A stretch of DNA of 64,000 nt from Picochlorum sp. SENEW3. Taxonomy: Eukaryota. The position numbers were made by a program, and so were the translations under genes. Location: the NCBI GenBank assembly GCA_034226945.1, contig CP120455.1:1178001-1242000 (forward strand), in the 5' to 3' direction. This document shows, piece after piece, positions 43,491 through 54,081 of this stretch (positions are counted from its first letter, which is position 1; every line of letters begins with the position of its first letter). Under the pieces are notes generated by a model. It searched no databases. It worked only from the letters and a program-made list of their open reading frames with translations, and had not been told where the DNA came from.

Positions 43491-44171
43491 CTACAAAAGA
43501 GGCTCCACCTTATGTGAGATGAAATCTGATGCGTCTTTCACGCTATCCGCAAGCACTAAGAATCCGTGTCCACGCCTGATGAAGCACTGATTTGCAGGAT
43601 ATGGATGGTGGGAAAACAAGTTTTCCAACTCCACAAGATCATCGGGAGTCGAAAACAACGTCTCTCGATCGGATATTGGAAACCCACTCCGTTTCGCTGC
43701 ACCAAGACCCTCACCATCTGCCAAAGCGTGCCCGTGAACAACAACATTGGGGAGCCTTGGCCAACAAGAGGTGGACTCGCTCCCTTGGCCAAGGAGGGCT
43801 GCCACATGGAGAGGCAAATCTGAGGTGGGTTGTCGAGTCTCGCAAAATGATCTGAATTCACAACACCACCCTGTGCGATCAAAATATTCAATCTCTACAA
43901 AATCTCTGCCCTGGAGCTCCATGAGAGGTTCTTTCCCAGAAGGTGAAACAAAAACACCTGTTTGAGATTTGAGCGAACAATTTCCCCCCACTAGACCATC
44001 ATCCAGAATAGGAACAACACCTATCTCTTCCAAGTGATGCTGCAAAGCTCCCAACTCTTGTAATTGGGATATCAGCGATGGATCGTTCAACCGAGGCTTT
44101 CCAACTCGCGTCGCTCCAAACTTCACTCGAGGCAGGTCCTTCGAGATAACTTCACCCTTGCCGATGGACAT
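43491..44171 (-). CDS. Class II aldolase/adducin-like protein
   Basis: GGNCS, VSPSGK, PTSDLPLH, VVHGH, IRRGHGFLV. Confidence 0.6.
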   Translation of the reverse strand: MSIGKGEVISKDLPRVKFGATRVGKPRLNDPSLISQLQELGALQHHLEEIGVVPILDDGLVGGNCSLKSQTGVFVSPSGKEPLMELQGRDFVEIEYFDRTGWCCEFRSFCETRQPTSDLPLHVAALLGQGSESTSCWPRLPNVVVHGHALADGEGLGAAKRSGFPISDRETLFSTPDDLVELENLFSHHPYPANQCFIRRGHGFLVLADSVKDASDFISHKVEPLL

Positions 44172-44329
44172 TGATCACGACATCTAGTACTATGAATTGT
44201 TATCGAATATTTGTGAAAAAGACCTCCACAAATACATGTGATTACGCGTGCGACTATCAAGTCAATAGTATTGTCTGATACATTACATGGAAAGAATAAA
44301 AATCCAATGAAAATAATAAAATGTACATG

Positions 44330-45076
44330 TCAATCAGTGATAACTTCGCTTGCATACTCGTCAGATGCCAAGAGGCGCTCATCTTCATCAGGCCTCTTGC
44401 CAAACAACAGATTTCGTAAACCAATTCGGCCTCCTGCATTGCCTGGAGTCGCCAATGTCTGAAGGGTTTCCATCAATGCCGCCTCACCTTTATTAGCCTT
44501 GTGATTGAATAAAGATCTCGATAGGAGTATTCCTCCGCCGCATGCCGTACATTTATGCAGGCGCCTGCCCAGGCACATGGGACAAGGCTCTCTGTGAGCC
44601 ATCTTGCCCTCCCAATCTATAGTACCTTTGCCTGAACAAAGCCGGCATCTTTGAACCCCGTATCCTTGGCACACGGTACATTCTCGGACAGATTTTATTT
44701 TACTTCTAATAGCGGCGATCACGGCCGTCCCAACTGTGATGCTGATGACCACGGCAGAGGATATTGCCGGAGCCAATGGGCGGGTGCCTCCTCCACCTGG
44801 GGCTGCAGAACTTCCTAGACCCATAGATCCACGCGACACTCGCATAGACTGCGATCCTATTACTGCCCCAGATTGATACATTGCTCTGGATAGCGATGCC
44901 ATGGGCGCTCCTTCAACCGAGTCGAGTGTCTCGCTCTCCACTACAGGCAGCTCTTCTGGGTAAGACACGGCTCTCATTGGACTCGCAGAGGGCCTCCGTC
45001 GCTTTCCATATACAACTAAAACCCCTTTCCGGCTAGCCCCAGCACCGGGTAACACAGATCCATACACACAAGCCAT
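44330..45076 (-). CDS. Plastid DnaJ-like zinc-finger protein (CxxCxGxG repeats, one TM)
   Basis: CTVCQGYG, CRLCSGKG, CPMCLGRR, CTACGGG following a TM helix. Confidence 0.8.
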   Translation of the reverse strand: MACVYGSVLPGAGASRKGVLVVYGKRRRPSASPMRAVSYPEELPVVESETLDSVEGAPMASLSRAMYQSGAVIGSQSMRVSRGSMGLGSSAAPGGGGTRPLAPAISSAVVISITVGTAVIAAIRSKIKSVRECTVCQGYGVQRCRLCSGKGTIDWEGKMAHREPCPMCLGRRLHKCTACGGGILLSRSLFNHKANKGEAALMETLQTLATPGNAGGRIGLRNLLFGKRPDEDERLLASDEYASEVITD

Positions 45077-45706
45077 GCAGACCTTGTCAATGTTGACCTC
45101 ACAGCTCGTCGAGGTCTCTCAGAAAAATAGCGTTCCTAGTGAAGGAGTTTACTCATCCAATCAAAAATGATCCCCCAGAATAAATGAATTTGAATCCTGG
45201 GTTGTGTGAAAGTAAAGCCGCTCGCCTGCCAGAAACCGCCCCCTTTGTTTCCTTCAGGTGGTATTGTACTGCAATTCTCGATAAATCAATCCCCAACCAA
45301 AACAAATATGAAATAAGAGTGGTATTAGAATAGGTAGGTTCGCGTCCAATCGCCCCTGTACTCGCCACTACACAGAAAATTTTGCATTCACGAGTGAAAT
45401 TGTGAGTGTACAAAACAGTGAGCGACTGACGAAAGTGCTGAGTCGAATATCCTACCGAGGTCGGCGGTTTCAATGGTTTGCCCGAATTAGAAGTGCGACC
45501 TGAGCAGTCTGAGGAGAACAGGTGGTCGAGCAATAGGTCACGCATCCTCTTGCAAGAGCCTCGATTGGCCCCCATCGCAGAGCCTTGGCCATGGGAACAA
45601 AAGTCAGCGCCACAGAACCAAGCCTCTACCACGGCATCCAAAGCACCACAGATAAACTTCACCATGCTCTCGGCTAAATCCAGATTATTGAATCTACAGT
45701 AGGAAA

Positions 45707-46299
45707 ATGCAGTTAATCCAGACCAAGAGTAGCTTTATCGCACCCCTGGGTGGTGCTAGAAGAGTGGCGGTGGTGTCTAACGCTACTGAGCGTAGGTTGT
45801 CCATGAAAGGAAAGCAGAGCTACCAAGTGGACGTACGTGATACATTTCGAATATATAGATGGATCCGCGAATGAGTCTCTCATCTGCTTCCGAGGATGCT
45901 GGGAGCGGACCCTCGTGGGACACTGCGAGGCTGCCGGTTGGGAACTCCCTGATTTCCGGCTCAATCCTCCGAGCATTGTCTTACGGTGATATTGTTTGTG
46001 ATCTGCAGATTGTGGTTGGTCCAGATGAACCTCAGGATAGTGCTATGAAGAGATTTAGAAGAGAGGTCATGTCTGCTGGACTTGTGCAGGAAGTTCGCCG
46101 TCGCCGCTACTTTGAAAACTCTGTGGATGCCAGGAAGAGAAAAGAAAAAGACTGCAGAATCAAGACCCGTCGTGATAGGAAGTTCCCTCCACGCACGTAT
46201 AGCCAGACCATGGCACCAGAGCCTTCTCCCTTCAACGACATGTTCGGAACTCCAGATGACCTGTTTGCAGATGTTCTTGGCGACGAAGGACAGCAATAA
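45707..46299 (+). CDS. RPS21: Nucleus-encoded plastid ribosomal protein bS21
   Basis: Transit peptide exon, intron ~45833-46008, IVVGPDEPQDSAMKRFRREV..AG...EVRRRRYFE. Confidence 0.8.
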
Positions 46300-46532
46300 G
46301 CATTGTGCGAGTGGCTACTTTTCAAATTTATTCTGTAGACGATTTGCTTGTAACGTACCCCTATACATCCTGTGTGTATGATCAACAATCAACTTGCATT
46401 GCAATGCCAATTGGCAACCTGCACAGGCCAGCAGCCCACCGGTGGGTTCGGCACCCACAGATTGATAGCACGTCGGCTGACCCAGCGATAGTGCTCAGTA
46501 AATTTGTAAATAGAGTATTTAGAGGTATTAAA

Positions 46533-48566
46533 ATGGGAGAGACTCGGAGCAATGCGCTGAGCTCCGTCATCGAACGGCTCGAGTCCATGGCAGAAGCGGT
46601 TCGTCGTGGCGATTTTCAAAAGGCAGAGGACATTGGAGGCGTCCATGAGACAAAAGGTCCTGGTGGAGAACTTCTTCTGCCTTTGGCTGTACGAAAGCAA
46701 GATATTGAATACGATGGCGTCGTGTCGGAAGGTTCACAGGCCTCTGTTTCAAGAGGGGCGTGGTCTGGCAAGTCGATTGCCATCAAGCGGGGGATTATTC
46801 GGGAATCTGAAGATCTGATTCGGTTTCGGAGGGAAGTAAGCCTGATTGCAGGACTTGACCATGAAAACATTGTGGGTTTTGTGGGTGCCAGGATGCTCCC
46901 GCCTAACTACATGCTGCTGATGGAGTACTACCCCACCAGTGCAGGTTCTGCACTGTACCAGGGTGGATGGATACCTTCTTTGAGTGATATCCTCCAAATT
47001 GGCGCCCAAATAGCTTTAGGATTGGACTATTTACACTCTCATGGAATTGTTCACCGAGATGTGAAACCTGGAAACATCCTGATGGCAGACGGCCCCGATC
47101 AATCCATCAAAGCATGCATTGCAGATTTTGGATTGGCTGCTTCGAGGGAAGAGATCGATTCCGATTTTTACGGCAACAAATCAGGGAAAAGTCCGAGTGG
47201 GGGCTTTCATAAGGCCAAAATGCTCGGCACATTGGAGTATATGGCGCCGGAAATTTTGATGAAGAGTGCACCAGCCTCTCCTGCCTCTGATGTCTTTGCA
47301 TTAAGTGTTGCTATAAACGAGATGCTGACAAAGACCGTGCCATACTCAGATTGCACCAGAGATAATCCTCTAGCCCATACGATTCTTGAAATGGGATACG
47401 GTCGCCATGAGCTGGCGGTGGCCGTGGCTGCAGAGGGACTGCGGCCGTCCATACCTGCTCTGACACCCCCAGAGATCTGTGTGCTTCTCAGATCTGGCTG
47501 GCATGTTGACCCAGCGCAGAGGCCTTCTGCAGCAAGCATGGCGAGAGAATTTTGTCTCTTGGCCGCTACATTCGCCACGCCATCGACTGAGGAAGATGCG
47601 CGAGGTGTGGAAAGAGTGATTCAGCGCATCCTTGCTCGGGCAGAGTCCAAAGTTGTAAACCAAGAGACATCAGGGTCATGGAGCATTCCTGATCCACCCC
47701 CGTGGGCTTTGATGGGGCTTCCAACCACTGGCATTCCCATAGGAGTTTTTGCGACCGCTGGTCGACGAGGGGAGGACAGTATGGAGGACAGAAGCTTCAT
47801 CTTACGGCAGCCATTTGGTGCCCAGAATGTCTTGGTGTCCGCCGTTTTCGATGGCCACAGAGGGCCTGAGGCGTCCACATACCTGGCATCTAATTTAGAA
47901 CGCTTATTAAAAAAGTTTTGGACGAAAAGCGAGAGTCCTTCCCATCTTCTGCTAGCAGCACTGAGAGAGGCTGAGAAGGAATTTGAGACTGTGTGCAACA
48001 ACCAGAACATATCTGCACCAAAAGCAAGGTTTCCGGGCAGCACAGCACTGTGTATGATTCTCTGCAATAATAACCTTACTATTGCCAATATTGGAGATAG
48101 CCGAGCCATTCTTTGTCGCGATGGGAAACCACATGCCCTCACATCAGACCAGGTGGCAGACAGGATGGACGAGAGGGCAAGGATTCAGGCATCTGGTCAC
48201 ACCCTGAAGCAACATGAGGGAGAGTGGAGAGTTGGATCGGTTGGACTCGCGGTCACCCGCAGCATTGGAGACATAGATATGAAGCAGCAGGGTGTTATTG
48301 CTGAACCAGAGATGAGTGACACTCAGATATGCCCCCAGTCTGACTCCTTTGCAGTCATTGCCACTGATGGAGTCTGGGACACCTTGACTGGTGCGGATGT
48401 CATACAGATAGTACAACAAACTGTGAAACAGCCGGCAATGTGCGCCCAAAGGATTGTAACCGAGGCTCTGACACGAGGAAGCGATGATAATGCCTCTGCC
48501 ATCGTTGTCTTCCTGGCAAAGGTCACCACAGCAGAGCGGGTCTTTGGTTCTTCGTCGACAGAGTAA
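46533..48566 (+). CDS. Protein kinase-PP2C phosphatase fusion protein
   Basis: HRDVKPGN, DFG, GTLEYMAPE, then MEDR, FDGHRG, ANIGDSRA, ATDGVWD, GSDDNAS. Confidence 0.9.
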   Translation: MGETRSNALSSVIERLESMAEAVRRGDFQKAEDIGGVHETKGPGGELLLPLAVRKQDIEYDGVVSEGSQASVSRGAWSGKSIAIKRGIIRESEDLIRFRREVSLIAGLDHENIVGFVGARMLPPNYMLLMEYYPTSAGSALYQGGWIPSLSDILQIGAQIALGLDYLHSHGIVHRDVKPGNILMADGPDQSIKACIADFGLAASREEIDSDFYGNKSGKSPSGGFHKAKMLGTLEYMAPEILMKSAPASPASDVFALSVAINEMLTKTVPYSDCTRDNPLAHTILEMGYGRHELAVAVAAEGLRPSIPALTPPEICVLLRSGWHVDPAQRPSAASMAREFCLLAATFATPSTEEDARGVERVIQRILARAESKVVNQETSGSWSIPDPPPWALMGLPTTGIPIGVFATAGRRGEDSMEDRSFILRQPFGAQNVLVSAVFDGHRGPEASTYLASNLERLLKKFWTKSESPSHLLLAALREAEKEFETVCNNQNISAPKARFPGSTALCMILCNNNLTIANIGDSRAILCRDGKPHALTSDQVADRMDERARIQASGHTLKQHEGEWRVGSVGLAVTRSIGDIDMKQQGVIAEPEMSDTQICPQSDSFAVIATDGVWDTLTGADVIQIVQQTVKQPAMCAQRIVTEALTRGSDDNASAIVVFLAKVTTAERVFGSSSTE

Positions 48567-48647
48567 TACTACTATTTATTCATTTCTTTATTCGCTTATT
48601 TATTTATAGGAAGCAAATGCATTGTTTATAGATACGAAACCAGAAGA

Positions 48648-49424
48648 ATGCCCAAGGTGAAAACAGGGGGAGTTGCCTCCTCTCGAGCGCACTTTTCAGT
48701 ATCCCCTTGGATGTGCAAGGAAGATTTTCAGACCAAGTCGGATGGGACTCCCTCGCCGCACATGGTCGTGGAAGAACCGCTGGTCCTGACCAGACAGCCC
48801 CAGGTGGAGGAAGACTTGGTGAACCCTCCTTGTAGCAGATTGGAGAGCCAAGACCAGGAGACGATGCGCGCATGTGCAGATACCACATCTTCTGATGCAT
48901 TGTACCATGTCCAGAGCGGTTGCATCATCTCGGTGCAAGAGGATGGCTCTCTGTCAGGGAGGCTGATCAAGGACGGACTCACGGGAGCCAAGGAGCCAGA
49001 ATGTTTCACAGGCACCCTGCTTGAAACGTATCGCGACTGCACCAGGGATGCTTCTTGGAATGTCGCTTTGCTCTGCTTCCGGTCTGCAGGATCCAAGCAT
49101 TTGTTTGTGCTTTGTGAGGTTTCCGGGGGAGATGAACTCAATTTGAAATCTCCTGTGGCATTAACAGATGACGAGGTCAAGAGCATCTCTTCCTGTCTGC
49201 GAGAAGTGTCCGGACTCGACCTTGAGCTCCCCATGAGTTTTAGATGTGAACTTTTGATAGACATGGAGGGTTGCAGCACGTTGGAATGCCAAAAGAAACT
49301 TTCCAATGCACCTGTGAATCCGGAATTTTCACGCGCTCTACAGTCTCTCGTACTGAATACAGACAAGATAGCCCATATTAATATTGGCGAGATGCATTTG
49401 GCGAGATGCAGCGATCGCAGATGA
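48648..49424 (+). CDS. Hypothetical protein
   Basis: 258-aa ORF filling the gap between two genes; no motif recognised. Confidence 0.5.
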   Translation: MPKVKTGGVASSRAHFSVSPWMCKEDFQTKSDGTPSPHMVVEEPLVLTRQPQVEEDLVNPPCSRLESQDQETMRACADTTSSDALYHVQSGCIISVQEDGSLSGRLIKDGLTGAKEPECFTGTLLETYRDCTRDASWNVALLCFRSAGSKHLFVLCEVSGGDELNLKSPVALTDDEVKSISSCLREVSGLDLELPMSFRCELLIDMEGCSTLECQKKLSNAPVNPEFSRALQSLVLNTDKIAHINIGEMHLARCSDRR

Positions 49425-49651
49425 GGCTCATCTGAGATGAGTAATCTGCAAGGTACAGTAGCAATGATGATATTTCGAGCTCATGCAGTCTGTTTCCCTC
49501 ATACTGAATTTTGAAACTTTAATTATTTCTTGTGAATACCCTTCACAAAGATACACATATCGTATCCGACACCGCGTTGGACGTACCACTGTGATCACAA
49601 GTCTACGCGTGTGAGACAAGCGGCGTCTTCTTGTCTTCGTTCCCCTGTACA

Positions 49652-52623
49652 ATGACAGCACCAAGAGATGGATGGCTCAGAGGAGTTGTGAAAGAGGTCA
49701 TCAGTGGCGATACACTCGTCGTCATGGCTGCGGTGAAGGCTGGGATCCCTCCCGAGAAACGGCTGACTCTGTCTTCTCTGATGGCGCCGAAACTGGTACG
49801 CTTGTGTCGATGGCTTTGTAAACATGTGAATTGATTCCTGGCGAGGTCGGATGAGGCTGATGAGTCGCAACATTGGTTGATCTTGATCGCTTCAACGAAA
49901 ACCGGCCCAGGTTGCTCTGTCCATGTTCGACCCCTCGTCTCCTTTTGCGTGCTGACTGAATTTTTTCTTTTCTAATACTTTTGTAGGGAAGAAGGGATGG
50001 CACCACTCGGGACGAGCCTTTCGCCTGGCAGTCGAAAGAGTTTTTGAGAAAGCTTGCTGTTGGCAAGCCTTGCGTTTTCCGAGTGGATTACAAGCTGGAC
50101 ATTGCGGGCGGGAAAGAATTTGGAACCGTATTTGTGAACGACAAGGAAAATGTCTCGATGGCTGTCGTTACCGCCGGGTGGGCGGCCGTGAGAGAGAGTG
50201 GGGCTCAACAAAGCCCATTCTATGACCAACTGCTGCAGGCACAGCAACAGGCCAAAGCGAAAGGTCTTGGAGTTCATAATGACGACCCAAAGGCTCTTCA
50301 GGAAGCTGTTCGAGAAGATACTGTGGAGGAGGATGCCACGAGTCTCCTCTCGGCTCATGGCAAGGGGACAATGATTGGCGCTATTGTTGACGGTTTCATT
50401 TCTGGCTCTCTACTGAGGGTGACCCTGACACCCTCCAAGAGACCCCAGACCGTGATGGTCGCGGGAATTCAATGCCCAAGCATGGGAAAGAAAGCCCAAG
50501 CAGACGGGGTCGAAGTAAATGAAGGCCCAGAGCCCTTTGCAAGGGAGGGTCGCCATCTTGCAGAGTCGCTCTGTCTGAATAGGGATGCCAAGCTCGTTAT
50601 CGAGGGGGTGAACCAATACGGAGGACTTATTGCAAGTTTAAAATATCCTTTGCAAGGCGAGAACGGAGTGGATGGAGAAGTTGGAGATTTGGGACTGGCT
50701 TTAGTCACTGCTGGGATGGCCAGGTGTGCTGAATGGAGCCTGAATATGATGACAACTGGTTCATTCAAATTGAGAGAGGCAGAGAGAGCAGCTAGAGCAG
50801 CTCGTCGGGGCATTTGGCACAACCATGTTCCTCAGACGGGCAATTCGGCAAAGTTACAGGACACATTCTCGGGCAAGGTGATGGAAATTGTGTCTGGAGA
50901 CTGCCTGATCATCATGGATCGCGCCAATGGCACGGAGAGACGTGTAATGCTTTCTTCCATACGGACTCCCCGACCTGCTACGAGAGACAAGCCGGCCGAG
51001 CCTTGGGGTACAGAGGCAAAGGAATTCCTTCGCCAGCGGCTGATCGGCAAAGTTGTTGCAGTCAACATGGACTACTCTAGGAAGATCCCTGCAGCACCGA
51101 CATCAACTCAATCCAATACTGAAGAGAGAATAATGAATTTTGGTACGGTTCAAATAACTGAGAAGAGCAAAGATGGAGAAAAGGTGAATAATGTTGCAGA
51201 GCTGCTCCTAGTCAGAGGCCTTGCCACAACTGTGAGGCATAGAGGAGACGAGGAACGGAGCGCGTTCTTTGAAAATTTAGTCAACGCGGAGGAGGTTGGT
51301 AAGAAAGGAAAGAAGGGTTTACATAGCGCCAAGGAAGCACCGGTAACCAGAGTCAATGACTTGAGTGTACCAGGTTCCTCTGCCAAGGCTCGGCAGCACT
51401 TGCCATTCTTGCAGCGTGCTGGCAACGTATCTGGAGTGTGTGAGTTTGTCATGAGTGGCAGCAGGTTGAAGATTTATGTACCAAAACAGAGTGTTTCAAT
51501 CGCATTCTCCCCAAGTGGAGTCAAATGTCCCGGGAAAGACGAGGAATTTTCAGCTGACGCCATTGCATTCACGAGATCCAAGGCTCTTCAAAGGAATGTT
51601 GAGATCACTGTCGAAAACGTGGATAAAATCGGAACGTTTTTAGGAAGCATCACCATTGAAAGTGGTGGCACCAAGATTGATTTAGGGGAGTCGTTGCTTG
51701 AATCTGGTTTGGCAAAACTGCACCAGATGACGGAACTGCCGAATGGACAAGCTCTCGCAGCAGCCCAGGAGAAAGCGCAGGCTAGGAAGATTGGAATTTG
51801 GAGCAAGGAGCAAGAGACACGCCCTGAGCCCAAAGCGAGCAAAGCAAGTCCTGTTGCTCGTGAGGAGGTGTCAGTGGTCATCACAGAGATGGTGGATGCC
51901 AACACATTTTATGTCCAGTACACGAATGAGCCTAGAGCACAATGGATTGCAGATCAATTGAAATCGTTGGATCTGGATGCTTCTCCATCACCACAGGGCA
52001 ATTTGAAGCCTGGAGCATTGTGTCTTGCCAAATTTGATGTTGACAATCAGTGGTACAGAGCCAAAATACGCCACGTTGACCTTGCAGATCCTACCACTCC
52101 AAAGTATGATGTCTTTTTCGTGGATTTCGGAAATAAAGGTAGAGCGACAAATGACACACTACGGGTAATGCCGCAGGCACTGTCTGCTGTTCCTCCTCAG
52201 GCCCATGCCGCAACTCTGGCCTTCACACATGTACCAGTGGAGCTGCGGGACGATGTCGGTTTCGCAGCCATGAATAAAATCGCTATGCTCACGAATAATG
52301 GTTCTAAAGAGCTGAGTGGATTCAAGGAAGCGGAATCAAGATCAATGGAGACCGAGACTGCAGCCTGGGGATCCAAGGCTGCCCAGAGTGCAACAACAGT
52401 GCTCCAGCTGACCCTGTTTCCCGGTGAGATCAAGGAAGACATATCAGTCTCGATAAACGGCCAAATTGTGGCCGACGGGTTGGGAAAAGTAAAAAGTACA
52501 AAAGAGCCGCTGTCCAGTGAATCTAAAAGGGCGCTTGAGGATCTTGAAAAGGTGGAAAAGCTTGCCCGACAAGACCACGTGGGTATTTGGGAATACGGAG
52601 ACATTGACGATGATGAAGATTAA
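49652..52623 (+). CDS. TSN: Tudor staphylococcal nuclease (Tudor-SN)
   Basis: GVVKEVISGD, repeated SN domains (EPFA..), Tudor CLAKF.VDNQWYRA..FVDFGN, GIWEYGD; intron 49796-49986. Confidence 0.93.
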
Positions 52624-52670
52624 ATACCTTTTTATAATACCCTTTGTTCATTATTGTATCAATCAATCAA

Positions 52671-53753
52671 TCAGTTGTCTTCGTCCTCTGACTCATGCAT
52701 AGGTTCAGCGCTGGGCTTGTTCAGTGCTGCATCCAAGTCAACCTCATACAGGGAAGCAATCCTCAATCTGGCCACGTCATCCTCAGTCGCCCCAAAAATA
52801 TCCCTTAAATCTACATTCTTTCTATGGTCCACATCCAATACATCGTCACATTCTACAAGATACAGCATCTTTGAAAACAGAGCCCTAGAAGTTGCCTTCC
52901 TCTCCACCCCAGCTGGACTCATGCCCGAGGTGTCCAGCATGACCGTTCCGTACTTTTCAAAGATTCTCGACGCCCTTTCCTTGAGAGCCTCGGCAACTTC
53001 TTCATCAGAAAGTTTAAGGCACGCTTTGAGCTCGATCACATCAGCTAGGGCATCATTGTCAAACTTCCTTTCCCTGAGCAGGTACCACAAATACTTTCTG
53101 AATATTTCCGTCGGTGTAAAGCCTGTGCGCAGACGAATCCCTGTGATGGAATTTCCCTTTAAGTTTTCGCGGTCCTCGGGGAGAAATTTGTTCAATTCCT
53201 GAATCACAAGCTTGTTCTTGTTGACTGTCTTTGTTCTCCTCCCCTTCTTGCCAAACCCTTTGGCTGCAGTCTTTACCACGGCTATGACAAATGTAATTCC
53301 CAGAAACCCAGCTATTCCCATAATCGAATACCCTGCAATGGGATTCGAATGAACAAACTCCCGAGCCTTCATGACAGGCCCAGAAGCCTCTGGCACCGTC
53401 TCCACTTCTGGGTCCTCGACCAGCACCTCCTCCTGCTGCCCCTCCACTGTCGACTCTTCCACTTCTGCCACAGCCTCAGGATTACTCTTGTCATCTATCC
53501 TGTCCTCTGAGGCAGGGGATTCGCCCCCATCCCCAGCAGCATTGCTGCCATCTGCCGAGATATCGTCACCGGCTCTGACGATGGTCCGAATCGACAGAAC
53601 TGGCCTCCGATGGTGAAATCCTGCGACATCAAATACAACATGGTGATACATACCGCGTGCAGAAAATGGGCGTGCACATTGTGACATACCGACGAGGGGA
53701 CCGTGGGCCCTGACTCCAGCACTCGGTATGCGTGTCAACTGAATCTGATGCAT
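52671..53753 (-). CDS. Conserved plastid-targeted single-TM protein with helical C-terminal domain, function unknown
   Basis: Transit peptide, acidic linker, TM helix, 'EIFRKYLWYLLRERKF' helical domain. Confidence 0.65.
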   Translation of the reverse strand: MHQIQLTRIPSAGVRAHGPLVGMSQCARPFSARGMYHHVVFDVAGFHHRRPVLSIRTIVRAGDDISADGSNAAGDGGESPASEDRIDDKSNPEAVAEVEESTVEGQQEEVLVEDPEVETVPEASGPVMKAREFVHSNPIAGYSIMGIAGFLGITFVIAVVKTAAKGFGKKGRRTKTVNKNKLVIQELNKFLPEDRENLKGNSITGIRLRTGFTPTEIFRKYLWYLLRERKFDNDALADVIELKACLKLSDEEVAEALKERASRIFEKYGTVMLDTSGMSPAGVERKATSRALFSKMLYLVECDDVLDVDHRKNVDLRDIFGATEDDVARLRIASLYEVDLDAALNKPSAEPMHESEDEDN

Positions 53754-54081
53754 CCTATCTCCTGCTATTCCAATGAATTCATATACGAGTGAATCGAGAT
53801 CGGGCGTGCATTCCTTTAAAAATCACAATGGAGCATGATCCAGATGGTCATGTTGCTGCTTGCAGGCCTTCGAAGGCTGAGATCTCAGTAGGGAATTCTG
53901 CAAGGAGATCCCACTGGTGCCATCGATCCCATGTTAAAAAAATCCAAGCATGCCATATCAAAAATAATTAATAGTATATATTGGTGCCTTGCACTGTTCG
54001 TATCGAGATTCCATTGCTGACTGCATTGCTGCCTCCAGCGAGTTGGGCAACTCTTGCAAGCAACACCGCCAAGAGCCCTCG

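Noticed and set aside
44330..45076. ORANGE (PSY chaperone) clustered near PSY
   Set aside because: It has one TM and a C-terminal extension and lacks a recognisable OR N-terminal domain; only a generic DnaJ-like zinc finger is supportable.
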